Source: Gaiellales bacterium (GTDB taxonomy: Bacteria; Actinomycetota; Thermoleophilia; Gaiellales; F1-60-MAGs149). Taken from it: a DNA stretch of 64,000 nucleotides. Both the position numbers and the translations under genes were made by a program. The notes below the pieces were generated by a model. It had not been told where the DNA came from and made no database searches. It worked only from the letters and a program-made list of their open reading frames with translations. Location of the stretch: the NCBI GenBank assembly GCA_964203045.1, contig CAXNKU010000002.1, positions 7,269 to 71,268 on the forward strand. Reading direction: 5' to 3'. Of the stretch, positions 1-11,670 are shown piece after piece. Every line of letters begins with the position of its first letter. Position 1 is the first letter of the stretch.

Positions 1-254
1 CGAATCGGCTCCTCAAACATCACATCACCCCCGAAGGCGAACGTGACGGGCTCTCCACTCCCAAGCCGCTTCGGAAGCGCGGGTTCAACCTCCGGTGTCG
101 TAATCGCAGCAACCGTGCTTGTGGCAGTCAGCGCCTGAATCGTCGAAACGTTTGGCGCAGCCGCGGACGCACCGACAGATTCTGAGCCGCCACACGCCGC
201 GGTCACTGCTGCAACCAAGACACAGCACGACAGACAAAAGACGAGACCACGCAT
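1..254 (-). CDS. CapA/PGA_cap-family metallophosphoesterase-like lipoprotein, N-terminal part only (runs off the window)
   Basis: Manual translation from ATG 254: MRGLVFCLSCCVLVAAVTAACGGS...EPVTFAFGGDVMFEEPI. Lipobox-like VTAAC and the CapA-type motif FGGDVMF. Confidence 0.65.
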   Translation of the reverse strand, partial: MRGLVFCLSCCVLVAAVTAACGGSESVGASAAAPNVSTIQALTATSTVAAITTPEVEPALPKRLGSGEPVTFAFGGDVMFEEPI

Positions 255-330
255 CCACCCATTGTTCATCAGATTCCCTCGCGATCCTTGTACGGGTACG
301 CTGCTTGCAGTCAAGATCGAGGAGCAGAGC

Positions 331-1308
331 ATGCGTTGCGTCACGTACACAGGAGCTGGAGGCAATGAGGTCGTCGCGTGTGAGGAGCGGCCCGACCCTG
401 TCTGCGGCGACGAAGAGGTCCTGATTCACGCAGCGTTCGCAGGTATCAACGGTGCCGACGTCTCTCAGCGCCAAGGCAACTATCCGGCGCCTCCCGGCTG
501 GCCCTCCGATGTTCCGGGGCTCGAGGTGGCTGGCGTGATCCAGGCCGTCGGGTCGAAGGTGCGCCAGTGGAAGATTGGTGATCGTGCGTACGGCCTCGTT
601 GGTGGTGGTGGTCTTGCCGATCGCGTTGCCGTCCATGAGCGCTGCGTGGTGCACGTGCCGTCGCACCTCGACGCACAGGAGATCGCTGCGATCCCCGAGG
701 TGTTTATCACCGCGCACGACGCCGTCTCCACCCAGGCTGGGCTCCGCCCCGGCGACACGCTACTGGTCCACGGTGCCTCTGGCGGTGTTGGCTCTGCCGC
801 CGTCCAGATCGGTGTCGCCATGGGTGCACGGGTGATTGGCGTTTCGCGCCACGCAGCCGGTCGCGCCGCGATCGAAGCGTTCGGTGGCGAGGCTATCGAC
901 AGCGAGGGTTGGACCGACACCGTGCTCGAGAAGACCGGCGGCAAGGGCGCCAACGTCGTGCTCGAACTCGTCGGCGCGCCGAACTTTCCGGGCGACGTCG
1001 CCGTCTTGGCCCGCCTCGGCCGCATCGCAATTGTCGGCATCGGCGCCGGTCAGAAGACCGAGGTAATGCTGCGCGACTTGATGACGAAGCGCGGCACCGT
1101 CTTTGGCACGACGCTGCGGGCGCGGCCGATCGAAGAGAAGGCCGACGCCATCCACCGCTTCCATCACGAGTTGACGCGTTGCTTCGACGATGGCCGCCTC
1201 AAGCCCGTCATCGACCGTGCCTTTCCGTGGAACGAGGCTGCTGATGCGCTCGCACATATGGAATCGCCGGGCAAGGTCGGCAAGGTGCTGCTCGACTTCT
1301 CGTCGTAA
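331..1308 (+). CDS. NAD(P)H-quinone oxidoreductase (MDR/PIG3 family)
   Basis: GNYPAPPG, PGLEVAG, LVHGASGGVG and GKVLL motifs; GGAG upstream of ATG 331. Confidence 0.92.
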   Translation: MRCVTYTGAGGNEVVACEERPDPVCGDEEVLIHAAFAGINGADVSQRQGNYPAPPGWPSDVPGLEVAGVIQAVGSKVRQWKIGDRAYGLVGGGGLADRVAVHERCVVHVPSHLDAQEIAAIPEVFITAHDAVSTQAGLRPGDTLLVHGASGGVGSAAVQIGVAMGARVIGVSRHAAGRAAIEAFGGEAIDSEGWTDTVLEKTGGKGANVVLELVGAPNFPGDVAVLARLGRIAIVGIGAGQKTEVMLRDLMTKRGTVFGTTLRARPIEEKADAIHRFHHELTRCFDDGRLKPVIDRAFPWNEAADALAHMESPGKVGKVLLDFSS

Positions 1309-1416
1309 CGGCGTAAGCGGTCGGTCGCCACACCGCCGACCCCTCCGCAACATGTGCAGTTCGCAAACCCGCGCTCCGTTTCCAAATGACCGGCAGACAC
1401 GGCAAGATGCGCACGC

Positions 1417-1989
1417 ATGGCTGATCCCTCTGTCTACGACGCCGACCTTGTTCGTCGTGCGCGCGTGGCGCACACAGCGGGCGACCTCCGGACGGCGCAG
1501 AACCACGCTGCCGAGCTCTGGCTGCGTTACGAGAAGCAGGCCCGGGCGATTTCGCGTAAGCGTGCGCGTGGCGATGAGGCGGAAGAGGTACTGGGTCATC
1601 TCCAGTTGCGCTTTATCAAGTGGGTGTACTTCCGACAGGACGAGCCGCGCAACATGATTGGCCTGCTCAATCAGATGGCGTCGTACGCCTATGGCGATGT
1701 GCAGCGGCACGAGGCGAGCCAGCCCGTCACGGTCGAGGAGATCGAGGACTACCGTCAGCCTCACACGGATCGCACGCTCTCGACGATCTTGGACCGCGCA
1801 GAAATCGACCAACTGATGTCTGTCTTGAGCGATCGCGAGCGTCTGATTATCGAGCGCGAATTGGCTGATGTGACCGATTCTGAGGTTGCGGCCGAGCTCG
1901 AGATTGAGCCAAATAACCTGCACCAAATTCGTTGGCGCGCGCTGAAACGCATGCGCGAGGCGGCCGACCAGCAAGAATGGGGTTCGTAA
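1417..1989 (+). CDS. ECF-type sigma-70 factor (divergent)
   Basis: 190 aa. Region-2-like N-terminus (DADLVRRA..GD..AELWLRY..EAEEVL) and region-4 HTH (LSDRERLII..DSEVAAELEI..NNLHQIRWRALKRMRE). Confidence 0.8.
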   Translation: MADPSVYDADLVRRARVAHTAGDLRTAQNHAAELWLRYEKQARAISRKRARGDEAEEVLGHLQLRFIKWVYFRQDEPRNMIGLLNQMASYAYGDVQRHEASQPVTVEEIEDYRQPHTDRTLSTILDRAEIDQLMSVLSDRERLIIERELADVTDSEVAAELEIEPNNLHQIRWRALKRMREAADQQEWGS

Positions 1990-2600
1990 TGGACGAACGC
2001 GAGATTCAGCTCGGCAACCTGCTGGCCGAGACGCTGGTGGCGTTCGACGAGGGCCGATCGGCTGATGTTGACCGGTTATTGGACAGCGCGGGCAGCGATC
2101 GTTTAGAGCTCGTCGAGATGGTCGAGCTCTCGCTGACACTCCGTGGCCCTTCGTCACCGAGCAGCGAGGCGATTGAGGCGCTGGCCATGACACCCGCGTT
2201 CGACGCCCGTTCGTGGCCCGAGATCCTGACGGATGCGCGACACGCGCAGGGCCTCAAGCGCCCAGCCCTCGTCGCGGCCTTGGCAAAGCACCTTGGCATC
2301 GTGTCACCCGATGGCGAGGAGCGGGTGCGCGAGCGCTATCACGAGATTGAGACGGGACAACTCGACCCGCGCCGCATTTCGATGGCGGTCGTTGACGCGC
2401 TCGGCGACATCTTGGGCGGCATGCGTGCCGTGCTCGATGCCACGCGCCTCAACCCGATTGGGCCACTCAGTCCAGACGTGTCATTTATGCGCGATGGCTT
2501 CGACGATGTCGACGGCATGGTGCTGATGGACGCGATGATGGCGCCCCCAGCCGAGCCGACGGTCGACGAACGTCGTGTCGACGAGCTGTTCGGCGTCTAG
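1989..2600 (+). CDS. Hypothetical protein with a central XRE/Cro-like HTH (candidate anti-sigma or repressor)
   Basis: ATG overlaps the sigma stop (TAATG). Segment ILTDARHAQGLKRPALVAALAKHLG..YHEIETGQLDP..VVDALGDILG fits the XRE pattern. Confidence 0.6.
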   Translation: MDEREIQLGNLLAETLVAFDEGRSADVDRLLDSAGSDRLELVEMVELSLTLRGPSSPSSEAIEALAMTPAFDARSWPEILTDARHAQGLKRPALVAALAKHLGIVSPDGEERVRERYHEIETGQLDPRRISMAVVDALGDILGGMRAVLDATRLNPIGPLSPDVSFMRDGFDDVDGMVLMDAMMAPPAEPTVDERRVDELFGV

Positions 2601-2612
2601 CGCCGCGGCGCC

Positions 2613-3185
2613 CTAGGCCGTACCGACGTAATCGGTCGGTCGTGGCAGCTTGCTGATGTACTTGTAGTTGTAGAGGCGCCAGGCCATCGCCAAGGGCGAC
2701 ACGTCGAAGCGCTCGGCTGCTTTGACGACATCGGCACCATGTTGATCTACGTCCGCGTGAATTCGTTCCTCGGGCATAAGCAGTTCGGCGGCGAACCGGT
2801 TCGCCTCGCGCTCGCGGAGATAGTCGGGCGACTTTTTCTTGTTCTGCTTCTCGTCGCTCGTGATGTCGCCGAGTCGACAGATGAAGTTCGTCGTCACCTC
2901 GTTGGCGTGGAGTTCCCAATGACCAATCTCGTGGGCGATCGTGAAGCGCCGGCGAACGGGCCACTTTTCGCACTCCACCGCATTGACACGAATCTCTCGC
3001 TCGCGCAACAGCAACATCCCCGACACACCTGTTTCAAGTGGCGCGGTCTGAACGAGCAGTCCGAGGTACGACTCAGCAATCTCGTCGACAGGGATCGGCG
3101 CATCTTTCGGAACGGCGTACGTGTCTGCATACCGCGCGAGTAGGTCGCGCGCAGCAACGATTTCGCGGTCTTCGGTGACGCTCAT
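2613..3185 (-). CDS. ImmA/IrrE family Zn metallo-endopeptidase
   Basis: PIPVDEIA, RRRFTIAHEIGH (HExxH) and EREANRFAAELLMP; TACGAT box 6 nt before ATG 3185. Confidence 0.92.
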   Translation of the reverse strand: MSVTEDREIVAARDLLARYADTYAVPKDAPIPVDEIAESYLGLLVQTAPLETGVSGMLLLREREIRVNAVECEKWPVRRRFTIAHEIGHWELHANEVTTNFICRLGDITSDEKQNKKKSPDYLREREANRFAAELLMPEERIHADVDQHGADVVKAAERFDVSPLAMAWRLYNYKYISKLPRPTDYVGTA

Positions 3186-3321
3186 GTCGTAATCGTACCT
3201 TCTTCTGCGCGATGGCCTGGGTCCAAAATGTCCGCCTCTCAATTTGGCTCTACTCTGCGGTTTTGATGTAACCGAGTCGACTCCGTCTCCGATACCTAAG
3301 CCAAACTCTCACCTCCGGCGC

Positions 3322-3389
3322 CGGACACCATGGGCCCGGGCCCAAAATGTCCGTGAGGCGACATTCTGGGCCCGGGCCCAGAATGTCGC
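3322..3389. repeat. Two tandem GGGCCCGGGCCC-core palindromes (REP-like); a degenerate half-copy lies at ~3214-3237
   Basis: 3322-3353 CGGACACCATGGGCCC|GGGCCCAAAATGTCCG (imperfect); 3358-3389 GCGACATTCTGGGCCC|GGGCCCAGAATGTCGC (perfect, 32 bp). Confidence 0.9.
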
Positions 3390-3471
3390 GTGCTTGATGG
3401 CTGAACCATTTGATTCAGTCACAACATATGGCTCGAACCATCTGCGTCGAAGATCACGTAGACTGGCGGGT

Positions 3472-6400
3472 ATGCAGGCAGGCGAACACATCGGCGGTCT
3501 CTATGATCGCCAGTTTGAGCACGACGCCTGTGGGCTTGGCACGGTCGTGCAGCTCGACGGCGTCGCATCGCACAGCGTCGTCGAACAGGCGCTCGAAGTA
3601 CTCGAGCGGCTCGATCATCGCGGCGCCACGGGCTCCGATCCGGAAACGGGTGACGGTGCGGGCATCTTGCTCCAAATGCCGCACCGCTTTCTCGCACGCG
3701 TCGCCGCCGAAGACGGCATCGACCTGCCCCCCGCCGGTGACTACGGGATTGGCATGGTCTTCCTCCCCGAAGACCCGGCGCTGCGCCTCCGCTGCGAAGA
3801 GATCGCCGTGCGCATCGTCGCCGAAGAGGGCCACCGCGCAGTGGGTTGGCGCAACGTGCCCGTCGACAACACTGCGATCGGGCCAGTCGCACGCTCGTCT
3901 GCACCCGTCATTCGCCAGCTAATCGTCGAGCGCCGCCACGGCAAGCAAGACGCCTTCGAACGGAAGCTCTACGTGATCCGGCGTCGGATCGAGAAGACCG
4001 TTCAGGCAAGCGTCATACAGAACACCTTTGCGATCGTCAGCCTCTCGACAAAGACGATCGTCTACAAGGGCCTGCTCCGAGCAACACAGGTGACTGCGTA
4101 CTACCCCGACCTTACCGACCGCGACGTCGAATCGGCACTGGCACTCGTCCACTCGCGCTTCTCCACCAACACGATGGGCACGTGGGACCTCGCGCATCCG
4201 TTCCACATGATCGCCCACAACGGCGAGATCAACACCGTCCGCGGCAACAGCAACTGGATGGCAGCACGCGAGCCACAGATGCACAGCAAACTCTTTGGTG
4301 GTGACCTCCAGAAGCTCTACCCCATCACCGAAGAAGGCTGGTCGGACTCGGCCAAGCTCGATGCCGCACTCGAACTACTCGTCCAAGCCGGACGATCGTT
4401 GGAGCACTCGCTCGCCATGCTGATCCCACCCGCCTGGAGCGACACCACGCTCGAGATGGACGATGACATCCGCGCGTTCTACGAGTATCACACGACGCTG
4501 ATGGAACCCTGGGACGGCCCGGCAGCCGTGATTGCGACCGACGGCGACAAGGTCGTCGCGACGCTCGACCGCAACGGACTTCGCCCCGGCCGTTGGCTGC
4601 GCACCAAAGACGGCATCTGCATCCTCGCCTCCGAGATTGGCGTGCTCGACATCCCCCAGTCCGAGATTGTCGAGACCGGCCGCCTCGAGCCAGGTCGGAT
4701 GCTGATGTTCGACACCGCCTCAGGCCGCGTGATCAAAGACCACGAGATCAAGCGCATCCTCTCGCGCCAACGCCCGTATCGCCAATGGCTCGATCAGTAC
4801 AAGTTGCACCTCGACGACCTGCGTCCGCAACAGGGCATCGCAGTTGACGAGGGGGCGCTCCCGACGCTCCAACGCATCTTCGGCTACACCCGCGAAGACC
4901 TCTCGCTGCTGCTGGCACCGATGGCGCTGACGGGCGGTGAGCCGATCGGCTCGATGGGTGACGACACGCCACTGGCTGCCCTCACACATCGCAATCGTCT
5001 GCTGCCGAGCTACTTCAAGCAGCAGTTCGCTCAGGTCACAAACCCGCCGATCGACTCGGAGCGCGAGCGCCTTGTGATGAGCCTACGCGTCGGTGTCGGT
5101 GCAATCGGCAACCTGCTCGACGAGACACCAGAGCACTGCCGTCGTGTCACGACATTGAGCCCGATCCTGACGAACGGCGAGTTGGAGAAGTTACGAGCGC
5201 TGCGCCGCGAAGGCTTCCGGGCCGCCACGATCTCCACGCTCTACCCGCTCGCGGAGGGCGAGGCCGGGCTCGCCCGCGCACTCGACCTGATCTGCCGTGA
5301 GGCCTCGCAACTGGTCTGGGGCGGCACCACAATCGTGATCCTTTCCGACCGCGGTGCCGACACGACGCTCGCACCAATCCCACCGCTGCTCGCGATCGCC
5401 GCCGTCCACTCGCATCTCGTCCGCCAAGGCGCGCGCACGATGTGTGGTCTTGTTGTCGAGTCGGGCGAGCCACGCGAAACGATGCACATGGCGCTGCTGA
5501 TTGGCTATGGCGCGGCGGCCGTCAACCCCTACCTGGCACTCGAGTCACTCCGCGAACTGCACCAGACAGGCGAGCTCGGCGACCTCGATCTCGGCGAGGC
5601 CCGCAAGCGCTACATCCAAGCGCTTGGCAAGGGGCTCCTGAAGATCTGCTCGAAGATGGGCATCTCGACGATCCAGTCGTATCGTGGCGCACAGATCTTC
5701 GAGGCCGTTGGCCTTGGACGCGAGCTGATCGACCGCTACTTCCCCGGCACGATCTCGCGCGTCGGCGGGCTTGAGCTGGGCGACATCGCCGATGAAATTC
5801 GCGAGCGTTACGAACTCGACGTCCAATCCGCACTGCCCGACGACCTCCTCGAAGCCGGCGGCGAGTATCAATTCCGCATCGATGGCGAGCGCCACGCGTG
5901 GCGCCCCGACTCGATCGTCGCGCTGCAGCGCGCCGTCCGCGACGAGTCGTACGAGACCTACCGTGCGTTCGCCGAGCAGATCGACGCCGGCACAGATCGC
6001 GCCATCGCCCTCCGCGATATCTTCGAGATCGTGCCAGCTGGTCCGCCCGTGCCACTCGACGAGGTCGAGCCCTCGAGCGAGATCGTGCGTCGTTTTGCGA
6101 CCGGCGCGATGAGCCTCGGCTCGATCTCGCGCGAGGCACACGAGACGTTGGCAATCGCCATGAACCGCCTCGGCGGCAGGTCCAATACGGGCGAGGGCGG
6201 CGAGGACGCAGTGCGCTCCACCCCCGACGCCAATGGCGATTTGCGGCGCTCGGCAATCAAGCAGGTCGCGTCGGGCCGCTTTGGTGTGACGACGCCGTAC
6301 CTCGTCGATGCCGACCAGGTCCAGATCAAAATGGCCCAAGGCGCAAAGCCCGGCGAGGGTGGACAGTTGCCGGGCCATAAGGTCGATGACTACATCGCAA

Positions 6401-7987
6401 AGGTTCGCCACTCGACGCCCGGCGTGGGCTTGATTAGCCCGCCCCCGCACCACGACATCTACTCGATCGAGGACCTCGCACAGCTGATCCACGACCTCAA
6501 ATGCGTCAATCCACAGGCCGACATCTCGGTCAAGCTGGTCGCCGAGGCTGGTGTCGGCACCGTCGCCGCTGGCGTCGCAAAGGCGAAGGCCGAACACATT
6601 GTCATCTCCGGCCACGACGGCGGCACGGGAGCCTCACCGCTTTCGTCGCTGAAGTACGCAGGCCTGCCGTGGGAGATGGGCCTTGCCGAGGCGCACGAGG
6701 TGCTCGTGATGAACGACCTGCGCGCACAGGTGACGCTGCAGGTCGATGGTGGTCTCCGCACCGGTCGCGACGTGATGGTCGGCGCGCTGCTCGGGGCCGA
6801 AGAATTCGGCTTCTCGACGGCACCGCTAATCGCCGCGGGCTGCATCATGATGCGCGTCTGCCATCTCAACACGTGCCCGGTTGGCATCGCCACGCAGGAC
6901 CCGGTCTTGCGCGAGCGCTTCCGTGGCACTCCCGACGAAATCGTCCGCTACTTCCTGTTCGTCGCCGAGCACCTGCGCGAGCTGATGGCCGAGGTCGGTA
7001 TCCGCACGGTCGACGAGCTGATTGGTCGCCGCGACCTCCTGCGCGAGCGCACCGACCGACCCAGTCTGGCTGGAGAACCTCGATCTCTCGCCGATCCTCG
7101 CGCACCCCCGCCTCCCGGGCGACCCTGCGCCGATTCGCAGCCGTGCACAGGACCACATGCTCGCGAGCAAGATCGACATTGGCGTCATCGCCGAGGCCGA
7201 GCCGGCGCTTGCCAAGGGCAAGCACGTCGTGATCGAACGCGAGGTCCGCAACATCGACCGCACGTTTGGAGCGATGCTGGCCGGTGAGATCGTGCGCCGC
7301 GTTGGTCCGGATGGGCTCCCAGCCGGCACGATCCAGCTGCGCCTGACCGGTCATGGCGGCCAGTCGTTCGGCGCCTTTGCCTTTAACGGCATGGAGATCT
7401 CGCTGACGGGCCCCGTCAACGACTACGTTGGCAAGGGACTCTCGGGCGGAGTAATCGCCGTCCGCGCAGCCGCCGACGCCGGCTACGACGTCGCCACCTC
7501 CTCCTACATCGGCAACGTTGCGCTGTACGGAGCGACCTCTGGTTCGGCGTTCCTGCGGGGTCGTGCCGGCGAACGTTTCTGTGTCCGCAACTCCGGCGCA
7601 ACAGCCGTCGTCGAGGGTGTCGGCGACCACGGGTGTGAGTACATGACAGGTGGCGTGGCCGTGATCCTCGGACCGACGGGCCGCAACTTTGCCGCCGGCA
7701 TGTCGGGTGGCATTGCCTTCGTCCTCGATGACGACGGGCGTCTTAACGAGCGCATCAACCCGGCCAGCGTGTCACTCGACCCGGTCGAGAGCGCCGAGGA
7801 CCGCGAGCTGCTCAAGAGCCTGCTCGAGGAGCACGTTGCCCGCACCGATAGTCCCGTCGCGGCCGCGCTCCTCGCCGACTGGACGAACGCGCTGAAGCGC
7901 TTCATCAAGGTGATGCCAGACGATTACGCGCGCGTGCTCGCCGAGCGCGCCGCGAAGGACATAGAGGCGGCGATCGCTGGTGACTGA
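3472..7987 (+). CDS. gltB: Glutamate synthase large subunit (one +1 frameshift near 7060, probably a sequencing error)
   Basis: [29 protein letters not shown] and CHLNTC motifs; the GXGXG C-terminal domain continues in ORF 7022-7987. Confidence 0.95.
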
Positions 7988-9407
7988 CCCCAAAGGTTTT
8001 CTTACGATTCAACGGCACGTTGCGCCGTATCGCCCCGTCGACGTGCGGCTACAAGACTATGCCGCCGTCGCACCAGAGGCAGACACCGAAATCGTTCGCG
8101 AGCAGGCCCGCCGCTGTATGGATTGCGGCGTCCCCTTCTGCCACACGGGCTGCCCACTCGGCAACCTGATTCCTGAATGGAACGACCTCGTCGAGCGAGA
8201 CCACTTTAAGGACGCGATCGATCGTCTGCACGCGACGAACAACTTCCCCGAATTTACCGGTGCGATCTGCCCCGCCCCCTGCGAGGAGGCGTGTGTCTTG
8301 GCGCTCGAGGAGCAGCCGGTCACGATCAAGCAAGATCGAAATGTCAATCATCGATCGTGCCTTCGCTGAGGGCTGGGTGCTTCCCCAGCGAGCGCCACGC
8401 TCGACGGGCAAAGCGGATCGCCGTCGTTGGTTCGGGACCCGGCTGGCCTCGCCTGCGCTCAGCAGCTCGTCCGCGAAGGTCATAGCGTCACGGTCTTCGA
8501 GCGTGCCGACCAGCTTGGCGGGCTCCTGCGCTACGGCATTCCCGACTTCAAGTTAGAGAAGCAGATGATCGATCGCCGCCTCGCAGCAGCTGGAGGCTGA
8601 AGGGATCGAGTTTGCGACGGGCATCGATGTTGGTGGCGACCTTTCGTATGACGAGCTGCGCGAGGGCGTTGACGCGATCGTGCTCGCGACGGGCGCTCAG
8701 CGCCACCGTGACCTCGTGCTCCCAGGTCGCGAGCTTGCGGGTGTCGAATTCGCGATGCCCTATCTGACACAGCAGAATCGTCGCGTCGCAGGCCTCCCGA
8801 TCGAGGGGCCGGAGATTTCGGCCAAGGGTAAGCGAGTTGCCATCCTTGGCGGCGGCGACACTAGCTCTGACTGCCTCGGCAATGCGTTGCGCGAAGGCGC
8901 GATCGAGGTCCACGAGATCGCCCACGGCCCAACGCCACCAAGCGAGCGCAACCCGCAGAGGACCTGGCCGGAATGGCCCGTCGTGATGCGCACCTACGCG
9001 GCACACCAAGAGGGTGGCGTGCGCGAATGGCAGTTCGTCACCGATCGACTCGAAGGCGAGCAGGGACACGCTAAAACGCCTCGTTGGCCACCGCGTGGAC
9101 TTCCCGGGCTATGCCGAGACAGGCGTCCGCAAAGCCGAACTCGTGCCGGACGGAGACGTCGTGCTCGAGGTCGACCTCGTGCTGCTCGCAATTGGCTTTT
9201 CGGGCACCGAAGAAGACGACGTCTACGCGCAGTCTGGTGCCAGCTGTCGGCGACCGAGGCACCGTCCACGTCGATGCCTCGTTCGAGACCGAGACTCCCG
9301 GTGTCTACGCCTGCGGCGATGCCGTCCGTGGTGCAGATCTCGTCGTGACAGCGATCGCCGACGGCCGCAAGTGTGCCGCCGCGGTGCACGCTGCCGTCAG
9401 CGCCTAG
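7980..9407 (+). CDS. gltD: Glutamate synthase small subunit (six successive +1 frameshifts, probably sequencing errors)
   Basis: [42 protein letters not shown] and [11 protein letters not shown] are spread across successive reading frames. Confidence 0.9.
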
Positions 9408-9517
9408 CCTCGGAAACATCGATTTTGAGGGCCAAGCCCCAGATCGGGGTTGGTCGTGCCGCCGAAATCCCACGTTGTTGGCACGATTAGGGCACTGAAC
9501 TCTTCCCGGAGGATCTT

Positions 9518-10504
9518 ATGTCCAGCCCCGTAAAAGTCGTCGTCACTGGCGCAGCCGGCCAAATCGGCTATGCCCTCGTCTATCGCATCGCCAGCGGCCA
9601 GCTGCTCGGCCCCGACACGAAGGTCGAGTTGCGTCTGCTCGAGGTTCCTCAGGCCCGCGGTGCGCTTGACGGCGTCGCCATGGAGCTCGACGACTGCGCC
9701 TTCCCGGCCCTCGCCAACGTGGTCTGCACCGACGACCCCAACGTGGCCTTCGACGGTGCCAACATCGGCATGCTCGTCGGTGCCCGCCCCCGCACGAAGG
9801 GCATGGAGCGCGGTGACCTGCTCGAGGCTAACGGCGCGATCTTTACCGTCCAGGGCAAGGCCATCAACGACCACGCTGCGGACGACATCAAGATCCTCGT
9901 GGTGGGCAACCCGGCCAACACGAACGCGTTGATCGCGATGAGCTCGGCGCCTGACGTGCCACGCGATCGCTTTACCGCGATGATGCGCCTCGACCATAAC
10001 CGCGCCAAGACGCAGGTTGCTCAGAAGACCGGCACGACCGTCTCGGACGTCACGCAGATGACCATCTGGGGCAACCACTCGGCCACGCAGTACCCCGACG
10101 TCGTGCACGCCAAGGTTGGCAGCGCAAACGCTTGGGACACGATCAACGACGAGCCATGGGTCGCCGATACGTTCATCCCAACCGTGCAGAAGCGCGGCGC
10201 GGCGATCATCGAGGCGCGCGGCGCCTCGTCGGCCGCCTCGGCTGCCAATGCCGCCATCGACCACATCCATGACTGGGTCCTCGGCACGCCTGAGGGCGAC
10301 TGGGTCTCGATGGGTGTTGCCGTCGACGGCCAGTACGGCATCGAGAAGGGCATCATCTGCGGCATGCCGACCATCTGCAAGAACGGCAAGTGGGAGATCG
10401 TCGAAGGCCTCGAGCTCGACGCCTTCAGCAAGCCGCGCATCGACGCATCGGTCGCCGAGCTCCGCGAGGAGTACGACGCCGTCAAGGAACTCGGTCTGAT
10501 CTAG
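9518..10504 (+). CDS. mdh: Malate dehydrogenase (type 2)
   Basis: [32 protein letters not shown] and WGNHS motifs. Confidence 0.97.
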   Translation: MSSPVKVVVTGAAGQIGYALVYRIASGQLLGPDTKVELRLLEVPQARGALDGVAMELDDCAFPALANVVCTDDPNVAFDGANIGMLVGARPRTKGMERGDLLEANGAIFTVQGKAINDHAADDIKILVVGNPANTNALIAMSSAPDVPRDRFTAMMRLDHNRAKTQVAQKTGTTVSDVTQMTIWGNHSATQYPDVVHAKVGSANAWDTINDEPWVADTFIPTVQKRGAAIIEARGASSAASAANAAIDHIHDWVLGTPEGDWVSMGVAVDGQYGIEKGIICGMPTICKNGKWEIVEGLELDAFSKPRIDASVAELREEYDAVKELGLI

Positions 10505-10517
10505 GCCACACGCGAGC

Positions 10518-10551
10518 GGCCCTGGCTCCCCTTGGGGAGTCGGGGCCTTTT
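10518..10551 (+). terminator. Rho-independent terminator after mdh
   Basis: GC-rich hairpin GGCCCTGGCTCCCC-TTG-GGGAGTCGGGGCC followed by TTTT. Confidence 0.8.
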
Positions 10552-10563
10552 GCGTTTCTGGGC

Positions 10564-11670
10564 CTAGGCGTCCCAGGCGGCGTCGGCCAACGCGCGTGCC
10601 TGCTCGAGCGGCGACGCCAGCAATGCTGCACTCTCGGCGACGATCGTGACGTGCCCGAGCTTACGACCCTTGCGCGGCTCCTTGCCGTACAGGTGCACGG
10701 TTGCACCAGCGATCGCCTCCAGCTGAGCAACCGGCGGTACGCCACCAACGAGGTTGACCATCGCCGAGACACCACGCACGGAGGCGTCACCCAGCGGCAT
10801 ACCCAGCACCGCCCGCACGTGGTTCTCGAACTGGCTCGTCTCGGCACCCTCGATCGACCAGTGACCCGAGTTGTGGACGCGCGGGGCGATCTCGTTCGCC
10901 ACGATGCCCGCTGCGGTCTCGAACAATTCGACGCAGAGCACGCCGACGTGGTCGAGCGACTCGGCAACCGCAATTGCAGCCGCCTGGGCAGACTCGATGA
11001 GCTCTGGCGCGAGGTTCGGCGCAGGTGCCAATGTGAGGGCCAAGATGCCGTCGCGATGCTCGTTCTCAACCGGCGCATAGACCTCGATCGATCCATCGGT
11101 ACCACGCGCGACGACCACCGACAGCTCGCGTGAAAACTCGACGAGCCCCTCGTAGATCAGGTCGGATCCGCCCAATTCGGCGACGGCTGGTGCGAGCTCG
11201 TCTGCCGTCCGCACACGCACCTGCCCCTTGCCGTCATAGCCCAGGCGCCGCGTCTTGAGAATCCCAGGAGCCCCGACCTGTGCCAGCGCGGTTTCGACAT
11301 CCACGGGGTCATCAATCGCCGCATGCGGGGCGACAGCGATGCCGAGTTCGGCGAGCAAACGCTTCTCACTGAGTCGGTCCTGGGTGACGGCCAACGAGCG
11401 CGGCGATGGCAACACCGGAACGCCGTGCTCGACAAGGCGCGTCAACGCTGCGGTGGGCACGTTCTCAAACTCGTACGTGACTACGTCGGCCCCCGCGCTG
11501 ACCTCGTCCAGCCCCGCTGGATCGTCGTAGGCAGCAACAACATGGTCGGCCACGCGACCCGCCCCGGCCTCGGGCGACGGATCGAGCACAGCGACCGATA
11601 CGCCGAGCGGTTTGGCCGCCAGCGCAAGCATCCAGGCCAGTTGGCCTCCGCCAAGAATCGCGAGGCGCAT
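10564..11670 (-). CDS. purK: N5-CAIR synthetase
   Basis: ILGGGQL, TYEFENVP, GYDGKGQ, NEIAPRVHNSGH and RKLGH motifs. Confidence 0.96.
   Translation of the reverse strand: MRLAILGGGQLAWMLALAAKPLGVSVAVLDPSPEAGAGRVADHVVAAYDDPAGLDEVSAGADVVTYEFENVPTAALTRLVEHGVPVLPSPRSLAVTQDRLSEKRLLAELGIAVAPHAAIDDPVDVETALAQVGAPGILKTRRLGYDGKGQVRVRTADELAPAVAELGGSDLIYEGLVEFSRELSVVVARGTDGSIEVYAPVENEHRDGILALTLAPAPNLAPELIESAQAAAIAVAESLDHVGVLCVELFETAAGIVANEIAPRVHNSGHWSIEGAETSQFENHVRAVLGMPLGDASVRGVSAMVNLVGGVPPVAQLEAIAGATVHLYGKEPRKGRKLGHVTIVAESAALLASPLEQARALADAAWDA

Noticed and set aside
3322..3389. CRISPR repeats or IS terminal inverted repeats
   Set aside because: No unique spacers, transposase or target-site duplication; treated as REP-like palindromes.
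3244..3471. Long N-terminal extensions in the ORF track (gltB; likewise purL, purH, purN, purE, rpsF)
   Set aside because: They run through repeats or neighbouring genes, and homology and -10 boxes support later starts.
7050..9250. gltB/gltD as pseudogenes or programmed frameshifts
   Set aside because: All seven shifts are +1, there are no in-frame nonsense changes in the reconstructed path, and the motifs are intact. This fits long-read insertion errors; read mapping would settle it.
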